From Gemmatimonadota bacterium (GTDB lineage: Bacteria > Gemmatimonadota > Gemmatimonadetes > Gemmatimonadales > GWC2-71-9): a DNA stretch of 48,766 bases. Location: the NCBI GenBank assembly GCA_039586365.1, contig JBDHKN010000043.1, positions 1 through 48,766 on the forward strand. The letters run 5' to 3'. Each line of letters begins with the position of its first letter. The stretch's first letter is position 1. Below the pieces are notes generated by a model that had not been told where the DNA came from, did no database searches, and was given only the letters and a program-made list of their open reading frames with translations. Shown here piece after piece: positions 17,158 through 27,138 of the stretch. The position numbers were made by a program, and so were the translations under genes.

Positions 17158-18552
17158 TCACCAGTGGAGTGTGAACCGGCCATGGCCGCCGTCGTACCAG
17201 TCTCCGTTCACATGCCCGTCACCATCCAGGTCGATCCGGTACCCAGCGGCGAAGCGGAACCTGGTGCCGAAGTTCCAGCCTACCTCCAGGCGAAGCCGGG
17301 TGCTATGGCGACCCAGGGATAGGATTGCCGGTACTTGACCGTCACCCCTGATCACGTCGCGCAAGTCCATCTCGAAGGCCGCGTCGGCGCGGAAGCCACT
17401 GAGCGATCGGTAGCTGAGTGCTGTCTGGCCGCGCCACGCGCGGTCCTCGTAGTCCACATCCTCGCCAACGCCGCCGCGAAAGTCGCGCAACTCCGGGCGC
17501 CACTCCCGCGCCAGCCACGTTTCCACCCGCCAGCGCAGGGCGATCTGCCACAGGGCGTAACCGCCCACCTGGGTGGTCTCCTCGGACAGGCGGTAGTCGT
17601 CCTCCAGGAGTCCGGTCGGGAGAGGGGCGCGATCGGTGTTCGCTTTCACCCAGGTGGTGAACGCGCCGGCCGTCACGCTCGGTTTGAAGGCCCACTCGAT
17701 GAGACCGCCCAGGAACGCGAAGTCCTCTTGCTGCCGGAAGCCCGAGTCGGGTTCCACTTGCACGTAGGCGGTGAAGCGCGCGGGGAGCAACAGGGCGCCG
17801 TCGGCCTCGACACGGAAGTGCCTTCCAAGGCGCCGCTCGACCGAAGCCCGCACTGCCCACGACTGGCGCTCGTAATCAATTGCCGTGTCGGCGAACCCCG
17901 ACCAGACCACCAGTCCCTGATAGATGGCGTCGTTGAATGCGTCGAGCCAGCTGACGGTGAGCTTGGCCTCGCCACGCTCGTCTCTGGTTCCGCCACCCAC
18001 CCAGAGATCCATCTCAGGCTTCAGCGCGTCGAGCGAGCCGCCGAACACGATGAACGGTCCCGGTTTCCAGTCCTTGCGGACGCGGAGCCTGAGGTGGTTG
18101 CGCCTGATGGCCGGCGTGGTTTCGTTGTCGAACCGGACTCCCACCTGCCATCCGCGGCCCAACTGAGCTGGAGCCTTGAGCTCGAACCCCGCTATCAGGT
18201 CCTGGTGGTTGATGCTGCCGGCCCAGAAGCGGCCCCCGCTGTTCGTCTGCCACCAAGCATAGGTTTCGGTTAGGCCGAACGCCGTGGAGATGTGGTCCAG
18301 CGCGAACTCGTCGTCGATTCCCTCGTGGAAGCGGAGCAGGATGCCGCGGTTCGTGAGGTGCCCCCCGTCGGCGGCGCCGCGGTCAGCGATCAGCAGCCAG
18401 GTGTGCTCGGCCCAGTCCCTGATCGTGGCGTGGAGATTCACGGAGTCGGTGGATACCGTTTGGGCGGCGGCCGAGCCAGCCAAATGAAGGGGGCCGAGCA
18501 GGGAAGCGCACAGTACGAGGCGGATTATGGAGCCAAGCCGCCCGGCGCTCAT
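17158..18552 (-). CDS. Putative outer-membrane beta-barrel protein
   Basis: GGAG plus ATG at 18552, signal peptide ending SAAA-Q, alternating amphipathic strands, C-terminal aromatic (GRFTLHW). Confidence 0.7.
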   Translation of the reverse strand: MSAGRLGSIIRLVLCASLLGPLHLAGSAAAQTVSTDSVNLHATIRDWAEHTWLLIADRGAADGGHLTNRGILLRFHEGIDDEFALDHISTAFGLTETYAWWQTNSGGRFWAGSINHQDLIAGFELKAPAQLGRGWQVGVRFDNETTPAIRRNHLRLRVRKDWKPGPFIVFGGSLDALKPEMDLWVGGGTRDERGEAKLTVSWLDAFNDAIYQGLVVWSGFADTAIDYERQSWAVRASVERRLGRHFRVEADGALLLPARFTAYVQVEPDSGFRQQEDFAFLGGLIEWAFKPSVTAGAFTTWVKANTDRAPLPTGLLEDDYRLSEETTQVGGYALWQIALRWRVETWLAREWRPELRDFRGGVGEDVDYEDRAWRGQTALSYRSLSGFRADAAFEMDLRDVIRGDGQVPAILSLGRHSTRLRLEVGWNFGTRFRFAAGYRIDLDGDGHVNGDWYDGGHGRFTLHW

Positions 18553-18677
18553 CACACTCCAACTGCTTTCAGCTGCAGCCATCCGCACCCCTGGCGCGTT
18601 CGAGTCGTTGGATGTGAAACCGCCGGGCACCACGTCGGTGCTCGGCGTCCACTTTGTCGCTGTGAAGCTGCTTGAAG

Positions 18678-19385
18678 CTAGCTTGCGAGGAGGAACCAAT
18701 CCAGGCTCACGCCCACTACCCAGTGCAGAATGAGTGCGTACCAAATCGACCGCGTGCGCAACGTGATCCATCCGAACAGCAGGCTGGCCGGGAACGCCGC
18801 CGCAAGCTCGATTCCTGGCTTGCCGACGTGCACCAGGGTGACCATACCGGCCTGCATCAGGTTGGCCGCGAGCGGGCCGAGGCGGTCCTCGAGCCCAAGC
18901 AGCAGGAGACCGCGGAAGTGGTACTCGAAACCTAGGTAGTAGAGGAAATAGAACAGGGCGTGCGGTACGAACAGCGCGAGTGCGACCGTGACCGAGTGGT
19001 TGAGTGGGTACGCAGCGGCAAGTGACTCGTTGCCCGCGTTGATGTATCCGACCGCCACACAGATGGGAATGCCCGCCAGGAGCAGCGCGCCACCCTTGCG
19101 CATGTTGCCCGCTCCCATTCCGAGCGACATTGGCCGTCTGCCCAGTATCGGGCGCGCCAGCGCGGCCGACCCGACGCCGAGCAGCAGGAACGTGAGCAGG
19201 AACGCAAGCCGAGCGTCCATTAGAGGGCCGGAGACGACCAGGAACGAATTGGTGCGTCCCAGTAGCCCAACCGCGTCCGGCCGGGCGAAGTACCAGTTGA
19301 GCACCAGCAGGGTGGGTGATACGGCGAGCGCCCATACCCAGCGGCTTCGCGGTGTCGTGCCGGGCTCGGCTACGTTGATTGCCAC
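18678..19385 (-). CDS. CPBP (Abi/CAAX) family intramembrane protease-like protein
   Basis: Multi-TM; FEYHFRG, LVHVGKP, RTRSIWYALILHW. Start approximate. Confidence 0.85.
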   Translation of the reverse strand: MAINVAEPGTTPRSRWVWALAVSPTLLVLNWYFARPDAVGLLGRTNSFLVVSGPLMDARLAFLLTFLLLGVGSAALARPILGRRPMSLGMGAGNMRKGGALLLAGIPICVAVGYINAGNESLAAAYPLNHSVTVALALFVPHALFYFLYYLGFEYHFRGLLLLGLEDRLGPLAANLMQAGMVTLVHVGKPGIELAAAFPASLLFGWITLRTRSIWYALILHWVVGVSLDWFLLAS

Positions 19386-20431
19386 TGGGCCACGGCACCC
19401 GTGAAGGGTGAGGGGCACCCCGCCTCGAGCCAGCGGACGGTGAGCCGCACACCGTCCGCCAGCGAACGCGGTGAAAAGCCCAACTCGTCGATTGCCCTCT
19501 GCGATGACACGGGCCAGTCCCGTGTGAACAGGTCGACCCAGTCGCGCGTGATGAGCGGATCGATCCCGACGCGGGCAAACAGCTCCGAGACTGCCGCCAC
19601 CGAGGAGGCGACCGGCTTTGGCAGTGCGATCACGGCGGGGTGGGAGCCCGTCGCGTCGCCGATCGCCGCCAGGAACTCCGCCATCGTGGCGTTGTCGCCT
19701 CCGAGCGAGTAGGTGCCGCCACGGGCAGCCTCGTCGCTGATGCTGGCGGCCCTCAACATGCCGTCCACAACGTCTTCCACGTGCACGTAGTTGGCCCGGG
19801 CGTCACCGTCGGCTATGCGAAAGCGGAACCGGCCGCGCCGGTAGAGGTCGATCACCTGGGTGACCGAGTTCGCTTGCGACAGCCTGCCCGGTCCGAATAC
19901 GCGAGAGGGTCGGACGATCACCGCTTCGCCGCCCTCAGCGACGTAGCTCCGCACCATCTTCTCCCCCGCCAGCTTGGATCGCTGGTACTCGGTGACCGCG
20001 TCTCGCGGGTCTGAGGGATCCTCGACCCCCTCGACGAGGACACTCGATACGTGTACGACCCTCTCGACGCCGTGTTCCGCCGCCGCGCGGCAGATGTGCC
20101 CGGTGCCGCGCTCGTTGACGGCGTAGTACTCGTCTGCGTCGGGCGCCCAGGCGCGGGCGCAGCCGGCGAGGTGAAAGACTGTGTGGCACTGCTCGAGGGT
20201 CTTCGAGACCGCCTCAGGATCGGTCACATCACCCCAGATTACCTCAGGCTGGTCGGGCAGGGTTGGAAACGGAGGCTCAGCTGTCTCCCTGCTCCCCTCC
20301 CGCACCAGCGCCTTCACCCGGTGCCCTTCGCGGAGGAGCCTGTGCACCAGGTGCTCCCCAATGAAGCCGGTGCCCCCGGTGACCGCGATGGTTTCCCTTT
20401 TCCGGGCCGCTACTCCCGGCCGAGCGCTCAT
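19370..20431 (-). CDS. NAD-dependent epimerase/dehydratase (extended SDR)
   Basis: VTGGTGFIG, VFHLAG, VHVSS, YQRSK, VRPSRVFGPG, YVHVEDV. Confidence 0.93.
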   Translation of the reverse strand: MSARPGVAARKRETIAVTGGTGFIGEHLVHRLLREGHRVKALVREGSRETAEPPFPTLPDQPEVIWGDVTDPEAVSKTLEQCHTVFHLAGCARAWAPDADEYYAVNERGTGHICRAAAEHGVERVVHVSSVLVEGVEDPSDPRDAVTEYQRSKLAGEKMVRSYVAEGGEAVIVRPSRVFGPGRLSQANSVTQVIDLYRRGRFRFRIADGDARANYVHVEDVVDGMLRAASISDEAARGGTYSLGGDNATMAEFLAAIGDATGSHPAVIALPKPVASSVAAVSELFARVGIDPLITRDWVDLFTRDWPVSSQRAIDELGFSPRSLADGVRLTVRWLEAGCPSPFTGAVAQWQST

Positions 20432-20767
20432 GTTTCCCGTTCGCCCCCTGTGGCTTCCTTGAGCCCGATGATCCTGTGCTCACGCGGGATACCGAGCTCC
20501 TCGTGGAGCCAGCCCGGTCGGGACATGCCACTCATCTCCGTGTATCGATCGAAGGTTCTTGGTCAAAGAAGGTAACCGAAACGGGCTCTGAAGTTCTACT
20601 TCCACGCTGGTGGTGCTGCAGCAGCGAGAGGATCAGGGTCAGGTATGAGGTGGGGTAAACGCGGGCGGCGGTGGTGATACCGAGTACCAGCAGCGAGGCG
20701 TGGGGGAGTGGTCGGCAGAAGCGGATCCGCGGAGTGTTTTCAGGAGCTTGGGACCACCCAATGCCCC

Positions 20768-20794
20768 GAAACGTGCACCCACCCTATCCCGTAA
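20768..20794 (+). promoter_or_regulatory. ECF-sigma-type promoter
   Basis: GAAAC-N17-CGTAA about 55 nt upstream of the permease. Confidence 0.4.
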
Positions 20795-20847
20795 GGAGCA
20801 TGGATATCCTGTTCCCGTCAGTTGTCATCGCACCAGGACGAAGCGGC

Positions 20848-23316
20848 ATGGACAAGCTCCTGCAGGACTTGAAATTCGGTGCCAAGCTCCTCTGGAAGGA
20901 GAAGGCATTCACTCTCACGGTTCTGACCACCCTCGCTGTTTGCATCGGTGCTAACACGACGATCTTCAGCGTGGTGAACACTGTGATGCTCGACCCGTTG
21001 CCGTTTTACGACTCAAACCGGCTGGTGCGGGTGTTCAACAGCTATCCGAACGCTGGCGCCGAGCGGGCTTCCAACTCCGCTCCGGATTACTTCTTCCGGC
21101 GCGATCGGGTTGCCGCATTCGAAGCGGTGGCAGCTTACCAGTACACGGGCAACACGGTAGGAGAGCCTGGCAGCACGGAGCGTGTGCGGACCATGCGGGT
21201 GACCCCGTCATTCTTCCCGATGCTCGGCGTTCAGCCTGTGCTGGGGCGCACCTTCACGGAAGAGGAGATGGACGTGGGGAACGAGCAGAAGGTGGTCCTG
21301 AGTCAGGGATACTGGCAGGAACGCTTCGGGGGAGACGCCACTGCGGTCGGAAGCACCCTTCGCGTCGACGGTCGTGCCTTCACCATCGTTGGGGTCCTGG
21401 CAGAAGAATTTCGCTTCCTCGGCCAGCGGGAAAGCCGTCTGTATCTACCGATTCCGTTCACCGAGGAACAACGCACGCCTGCTGCTCTCCACAGCAACAA
21501 CTACGAGATGATCGCTCGGCTTGCGCCAGGAGCGACGATCGAGCAGGCACAGAGCCAGATCGAGGCGCTGAATCTCGCCTTGTTGGATGAAACACCGTTC
21601 CCCAACGTACGGCAACTGCTGGCAGATGCGGGCTTCCACGTCCAACTGCATCCCCTCCAGGCAGATCTGCTGCGGGACGTGCGTCCGACCTTCATCATGC
21701 TCTGGGTCGGCGTCGCGTTCGTGCTGCTGATCGGCTGTCTCAACATCGCCAACCTCATGCTGGCTCGTTCCCACGTGCGCACGAGGGAGTTGGCCACCAG
21801 GATGGCACTGGGATCCGACCGATCGCGACTCGCTCGGCAACTGCTGACGGAAGCCGTTCTGATCGCGCTGTTGGGAGGTGTGCTTGGTCTGGTTCTGGGT
21901 GCAGGAGGGCTCGGCCTCGTCAGGGGGATGGGGGTAGAGGACCTTCCTCGGGGAGCCGCGGTCGGTATCGACGGCGGTGTCGTGACGTTCACGCTGTTGA
22001 TGGCCGTGCTGGCCGGACTCTTTTTCGGAGCGATCCCACTGACGCACGTGTTCCGCACCGACCTCAATTCGGTGTTCCGCGCGGAGAGCCGCTCGGGTAC
22101 CGCAAACCGCCGGGCGGTTGTGACCAGAAGTGCCATGGTAACGGGTCAGGTGGCGATCGCCTTCATCTTGTTGATCGGTGCCGGGCTGATGTTCGCCAGC
22201 CTCCGCGCGGCTCTCAATGTCGATCCCGGCTTCCAGCCGAACTCGGTTCTCACGGGCTACCTTTCATTGCCGAGTTCCAACTATCCTGAAGGAGAGAGCC
22301 GGAGACAGTTCTTCGACGAGCTGCTCGGTGAGACGAGAGCGCTCCCTGGTGTGGCTGCCGCGAGCGTTGTATCCATGATCCCGTTCGGCGGGGGAGGCAG
22401 CTCGAGCGTGATCCTGCCGGAAGGCTACCTGCCCCGGGAAGGTGAGTCCATTCTCTCACCCTTCAACACCACGGCGGGTCCCGGCTACTTCGAAACCATG
22501 GAGATCCCGTTGCTCGAGGGGCGTTTTTTCGATGAGTCGGACAACGCCGAGGGGCAACGTGTCATCATCATAGACGAGTGGCTCGCCAATAGATACTACC
22601 CGGATGAGAGCCCGCTCGGAAAACGCATGTTGTGGGGTACGGTGCCGGGTGCTGAAGAGGACGAAGAGGATTATCTCTACACGGTGGTCGGCGTCGTCGG
22701 CAGCATAAAGCAGAACGACCTGACAGAGACAGAATCTGTCGGTGCCTACTACTTCACGTACAAGCAACGCCCGCCCGGCTTCGTCACACTAGTAGCGCGA
22801 ACCACCGTGGAGTCACTCACACTCACTTCAGCGATCCGTCAGGTGGTGAGTCGGATCGATCCCGATCTGCCGTTCTATTATCCCGAGAGCTTAGAGCACC
22901 GGGTCTCGGAATCGCTGGTCGCACGGCGAACTCCGGTAATGTTGCTCGGAGTCTTCGCAGGCGTCGCATTGTTGCTCGCGGGCGTGGGGATTTACGGTGT
23001 TCTCGCCTACTCGGTCACCCAACGCACGCGCGAGTTGGGGATTCGCATGGCGCTCGGCAGCAGCCCGGGCGGAGTATCCCGCATGGTAGTACTCCAGGGA
23101 GTCAGGGTGCTCGGCTTGGGTCTCGTCATCGGAATCGGCGGCAGCGTGTTGTCGGTGCGATTGATCCAGTCACTGCTGTACGGCACTCAACCGACCAACC
23201 CCGCCGTGCTGCTCAGTGTCGCCGCAATCCTCTCGGCTGTCGGATTGGGTGCCTGCCTGTTACCTGCGCGGCGCGCGACCAGAATCGACCCGGTAGTGGC
23301 GTTGAACACGGAGTAG
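20848..23316 (+). CDS. ABC transporter permease, ADOP (duplicated MacB/FtsX) family
   Basis: LLQDLKFGAKLL, IGANTTIFSVV, LLIGCLNIANL...RELATRMALG, QRTRELGIRMALG, PARRATRIDPVVAL. Confidence 0.95.
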   Translation: MDKLLQDLKFGAKLLWKEKAFTLTVLTTLAVCIGANTTIFSVVNTVMLDPLPFYDSNRLVRVFNSYPNAGAERASNSAPDYFFRRDRVAAFEAVAAYQYTGNTVGEPGSTERVRTMRVTPSFFPMLGVQPVLGRTFTEEEMDVGNEQKVVLSQGYWQERFGGDATAVGSTLRVDGRAFTIVGVLAEEFRFLGQRESRLYLPIPFTEEQRTPAALHSNNYEMIARLAPGATIEQAQSQIEALNLALLDETPFPNVRQLLADAGFHVQLHPLQADLLRDVRPTFIMLWVGVAFVLLIGCLNIANLMLARSHVRTRELATRMALGSDRSRLARQLLTEAVLIALLGGVLGLVLGAGGLGLVRGMGVEDLPRGAAVGIDGGVVTFTLLMAVLAGLFFGAIPLTHVFRTDLNSVFRAESRSGTANRRAVVTRSAMVTGQVAIAFILLIGAGLMFASLRAALNVDPGFQPNSVLTGYLSLPSSNYPEGESRRQFFDELLGETRALPGVAAASVVSMIPFGGGGSSSVILPEGYLPREGESILSPFNTTAGPGYFETMEIPLLEGRFFDESDNAEGQRVIIIDEWLANRYYPDESPLGKRMLWGTVPGAEEDEEDYLYTVVGVVGSIKQNDLTETESVGAYYFTYKQRPPGFVTLVARTTVESLTLTSAIRQVVSRIDPDLPFYYPESLEHRVSESLVARRTPVMLLGVFAGVALLLAGVGIYGVLAYSVTQRTRELGIRMALGSSPGGVSRMVVLQGVRVLGLGLVIGIGGSVLSVRLIQSLLYGTQPTNPAVLLSVAAILSAVGLGACLLPARRATRIDPVVALNTE

Positions 23317-23417
23317 CAGGCGACTCCTGTTTCAGCGTCCGGCACCGTCGGCCAACGTCCTGCCGCGCCGCTGCTGAATCGCGGGCGGGCCAGTCCAGTA
23401 GCCCTGTCAGCTCGCTG

Positions 23418-24449
23418 TTAGAACAGGTCGGCGAGGTCCCGGTCCACCCGCTCGGCGAAACCGCGATAGGCAAGGGTGGGGATCCGCGTCGTCTCGGTTC
23501 GCAGGTAGTACTCCCAGCTGCCGGGCTCGCTAGCGGCAACCCGATGCAATTCCAGGAAGCCGAGCTCCGCCTCCGCTTCGCCCACATAGTCGATCCGGAC
23601 CAGGAACTGCAGCGTGTCGACGCTCACCGCTGATTCGAAGCTGCTATACGCCAACTGCCGGACGTGGTTCATGAAGTTCTGGAAGGTCTGATCGGGCTCG
23701 TCCGGAGAGTCGGGGCTGACCCATATGTCGGCGGGGCGGGAAGCCCCCGCGCGACGCATCATAGTGCGCTCACCGGACATTCCGCGCACGGTTACGGTGG
23801 CCACATCGTCGTTACTGAAGCGGTGCAGCGTTCGCAGCCGGAGTGTGCTCGACCCACCTTCGAGTACCCGGGCTATCTCATCTGCCAGAACGTAGCCTCT
23901 GCCTGAATTGGGATCGAATGCATAACGGTGGTTGCTTGCGTGTACGATGCCTCCGACCTCCAACGTCCGCTCGGTGTCGGCGGTCGCCACCGTGAGTCGC
24001 CGCTCCGGATCGTTCAGCTCGTACTGTTCTTTCGCGGCGTCATCCAGCACCCCCAGGTCGCGCAGCGCCCTGAGCTGCGCCAGACGCTGCCAGATATCGT
24101 CCCCTTCCTCGCCCAGTGCGAACTCCTCCGCCTGGGCCGGAACCTGCGCTACCGCGAGCGATTGCGCTGCCTCCCCGGTCGCCGTCTCCGCGGAGCTGTC
24201 AGGGGGCGCTGGTTCAAACGAGGTGCCCCACAGATACGAATCCCCTTGCTCTTCACGCCGCTCGATCACTGTCGTGCGGCGTGCCTGCTGATAGGTTACG
24301 GAGCGTAGCTGATCCGGCGACAACTCCCAAACCGTGACGCTGCCATCGCGGTTGGTGTCAGTTGATCTTGGTTCGTTGGGTGTCCAGGCCTGGTAGGCGA
24401 GGATCAACATTAGTGCCAAGAAGACCCCGTGTACGGTGACACTTCTCAT
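23418..24449 (-). CDS. DUF4340-like membrane-anchored protein
   Basis: N-terminal TM, QYELNDP...LEVG; last gene of the ABC operon; ATGA overlap. Confidence 0.75.
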   Translation of the reverse strand: MRSVTVHGVFLALMLILAYQAWTPNEPRSTDTNRDGSVTVWELSPDQLRSVTYQQARRTTVIERREEQGDSYLWGTSFEPAPPDSSAETATGEAAQSLAVAQVPAQAEEFALGEEGDDIWQRLAQLRALRDLGVLDDAAKEQYELNDPERRLTVATADTERTLEVGGIVHASNHRYAFDPNSGRGYVLADEIARVLEGGSSTLRLRTLHRFSNDDVATVTVRGMSGERTMMRRAGASRPADIWVSPDSPDEPDQTFQNFMNHVRQLAYSSFESAVSVDTLQFLVRIDYVGEAEAELGFLELHRVAASEPGSWEYYLRTETTRIPTLAYRGFAERVDRDLADLF

Positions 24450-26416
24450 TGGGCGGTCCTCCCCGAGCGTCGCCGAATCACAGTCACTATCCCCACGGCG
24501 AGAACCAGCAAGGGGGCCCCGAGGATCGTCGCATAGAACCACGTCACATCCTGGGCCCGAGTGTGCACGATCGGAATATCCTCCTCGCTTGCGATCTCCC
24601 CTCCGAAGTCTTCCTCTCCACCCAGCCAGCGAATGCCGTCGGCTAAGAGCGCGGCGTTGAGGCCTATGGAGCTGAGCACGGCGTCGCTGAACATCCCGGC
24701 GTCGGCGTATACGAGGGCGCGCATATGCGGCGAACCCGCCACGCTGTCTTGTCCGCTCTCACTTGGAGCGCCTCCGTTGTCGTTGCCCGGCAGCGCGGCC
24801 GTTCGCTCACCTGCAGGGTCCTGCGCCGACTGGGACCCTTCGATGGCCGCAACGAGGTTGTAGGACCTGCGCACCTCCGTCTCCGAGTCGAACTCGTAGT
24901 TTCCATTGAGATCGGCGTATGTCGTCGGTAGCGATCTGACCACGAAGCGTGGCCGCGGGCCACCATTATCCGCGCTCTCGAGGTACCCGGAGCCCAACAA
25001 CAGGATTCCGGACCCCACCCGGGTGCGGCTCAGAGTCGTAACGGCCTCGTGTGCCGTGAACTGGTCGGTGATGATGAGCTGCCGGTCGGACACATTGCCA
25101 CGCCGACGCACGTATTGCCTGTCGTTTGCCAGCGGAACGGACTGGTATTGGACGCCCAGGCGCTGCTCCAGCCGCCCGAGCCGAAAATCGCTGTCCGGAT
25201 CGAGGGCGAAGAGTGCGGCACCCCCGGCCGCCAGGTATCGGTCGAGCGTCTCGAGTTCCTCCGCGAGGAACGGACTCCTTGGCCCCAGCACCAACACCAT
25301 CGCAGCATCGTCGGGAATGGCTCGTCCCAATCCCTGTTGCAGCCCGAGGTCTTCTACCTGGTAGTTGAGGACGCCCAGTCCCTGCTTGAGAAGATCGACG
25401 CGCCGCAGCGCGTCTGTCTCCGCGCCCTCGCTGGACGCGGGGTCGTTGAACTCACCATGACCCGCGGTTAGGTATGCCGTGCGCTGGTCCCGCGCCAGAC
25501 GCCACAGGTGCTCCTGGATCTCTCGGTCGAGGCTCCGCAGCCGGGCGCGTGCGCTCCGGATCTGCGATGGAAAGTCGATTCGTTCCGACCGTTCTCCGCG
25601 GAGCAGTACGATCGCGCCATCCGTCGCTACGTTGTATTCCCGTGCGAGATTTGCGGACACCATGCGGTCGTGTTCTTCGAGCACGACGTTCCCTGTGGCG
25701 TCGGCCAGGGCTCGGAAGTACCCAGTAACCTCGTCTTTTACCTCATTCACTGCGGGAAAGAACAGCAGGACCCGGAGTGGCTCCGACATGTTGCGCGCCA
25801 TTTCCTCCGCACCGCTGCCGGGGCTGGCGGTCTTGAAGTACGACAGATCCGCGGTCTTGTCCCATTCGGAGGCGATGTAGCCGGCGAGCATGAGGGCCGC
25901 TCCTGCCAGGGCGATGGTCAGCGCGGCGCCTGCGGTCTCGTGCACGCGCTGCGATTCCACCTGCATGGCGGCATCCCCCGCATGCCGATGGGCGGAGAGC
26001 GCCCACTGGGCGCCGAGAGCGGGGAACAGCGATACAGCGAGCAGGATGGACGACAGGACCTGGAGGGCGGTCTCGTACCTCCGCTCCGCGGCGGGCTCGG
26101 CGAACTCGATCCCAAGCCACCGCATCCCGTCACTACTCGACACTACAAACCCCGTAACCGCGATGAGGCACCCCACGTAGCACGTGAGCAGCACCCCCTC
26201 GACACGTTTCCCCTCTCCCGTAGCCTCGCGCCAGGACAGGAAGCGCCAGACGATGCTGCCGAGGACTACCAGAGCCCCGAGCCCGGAAACTGTTACGCGC
26301 GCGACACCGGGCCCACCCAGCATTCGTTCGCCAACGAATAGGACTGCCAGACCACCAGCGACAACCCAGGTGAGCCACCAGGGGGCCGCGCGGACTGCGG
26401 GTGCGATCACTCCCAT
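24446..26416 (-). CDS. GldG-like ABC auxiliary protein
   Basis: AYLTAGHGE, IPDDAAMVLVLGPRSPFLAEE...YLAAGG...LDP, C-terminal TM plus RRR. Confidence 0.88.
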   Translation of the reverse strand: MGVIAPAVRAAPWWLTWVVAGGLAVLFVGERMLGGPGVARVTVSGLGALVVLGSIVWRFLSWREATGEGKRVEGVLLTCYVGCLIAVTGFVVSSSDGMRWLGIEFAEPAAERRYETALQVLSSILLAVSLFPALGAQWALSAHRHAGDAAMQVESQRVHETAGAALTIALAGAALMLAGYIASEWDKTADLSYFKTASPGSGAEEMARNMSEPLRVLLFFPAVNEVKDEVTGYFRALADATGNVVLEEHDRMVSANLAREYNVATDGAIVLLRGERSERIDFPSQIRSARARLRSLDREIQEHLWRLARDQRTAYLTAGHGEFNDPASSEGAETDALRRVDLLKQGLGVLNYQVEDLGLQQGLGRAIPDDAAMVLVLGPRSPFLAEELETLDRYLAAGGAALFALDPDSDFRLGRLEQRLGVQYQSVPLANDRQYVRRRGNVSDRQLIITDQFTAHEAVTTLSRTRVGSGILLLGSGYLESADNGGPRPRFVVRSLPTTYADLNGNYEFDSETEVRRSYNLVAAIEGSQSAQDPAGERTAALPGNDNGGAPSESGQDSVAGSPHMRALVYADAGMFSDAVLSSIGLNAALLADGIRWLGGEEDFGGEIASEEDIPIVHTRAQDVTWFYATILGAPLLVLAVGIVTVIRRRSGRTAQ

Positions 26417-27138
26417 CGCTTCACCTCCATCGTCTTGGTGGCGAGCAGCAGGAAGAAATAGGTCACGGCCACATAGTAGACGACGTCACGCAGGTGAAGT
26501 GTGCCGACCTGGAATCCCTGAAAGTGCCGTGCATGGATGGCGAGTCCCGCGAACACACGGGAGAGGGGTGGATCCAGCACGAGTGACAGTTGCCAGAACA
26601 AGAACATCGTGCCCGTGAGAACCGATGCGACCACAGCGGCCACGAGCTGATAGCGAGTGAGTGACGTGGCGAAGAGGCCGATAGCGAGACACGCGCCGCC
26701 GATCAACAACAACCCCAAATACCCTACGAGCACTTGGCCCAGTGAGACCTTACCGTTGATCATCACGAGTAGCGGCATGTAGCTGCTGACGACGGTTATT
26801 GCCGCGAGGAACGCGAACGCAGACAGGAATTTGCCGAGCACGACCTCCCATTCCCGTACCGGAGAGGTGCTGAGAAGCACCAGAGTTCCCGCTTGGCGCT
26901 CCTCTGCAATCAAGCGGATAGACAGCACAACGGCCGCGATGGCCACGAGCCCGCTCATCGTGTAGAAGAATCGCGCCAGTACCTCACCGGAGAGCCGTTC
27001 GCCGGCCGCCGGCCCCAAGGCCTGCGCGTAGAACAGGAGACCGGCCAGCAGCAACACGGCGGCGGCCACGACGTAGCCCAACACGGAGCGCACGTACTCG
27101 GCGAACTCCCTGCGGAAGACGACGCTAACCGTCCCCAT
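26407..27138 (-). CDS. ABC-2 type permease (GldF-like)
   Basis: FRREFAEY, RLIAEERQAGTL.LL.TSPV...VVLGKF, LRDVVYY. Confidence 0.92.
   Translation of the reverse strand: MGTVSVVFRREFAEYVRSVLGYVVAAAVLLLAGLLFYAQALGPAAGERLSGEVLARFFYTMSGLVAIAAVVLSIRLIAEERQAGTLVLLSTSPVREWEVVLGKFLSAFAFLAAITVVSSYMPLLVMINGKVSLGQVLVGYLGLLLIGGACLAIGLFATSLTRYQLVAAVVASVLTGTMFLFWQLSLVLDPPLSRVFAGLAIHARHFQGFQVGTLHLRDVVYYVAVTYFFLLLATKTMEVKRWE

Noticed and set aside
18553..19578. N-terminal 342 aa of the 806-aa ORF
   Set aside because: Overlaps the CPBP and SDR genes in another frame; RBS and signal peptide indicate a start at 18552.
20428..20535. 35-aa ORF whose stop overlaps the SDR start
   Set aside because: No recognisable motif and poor RBS spacing; may be a gene-tail remnant.
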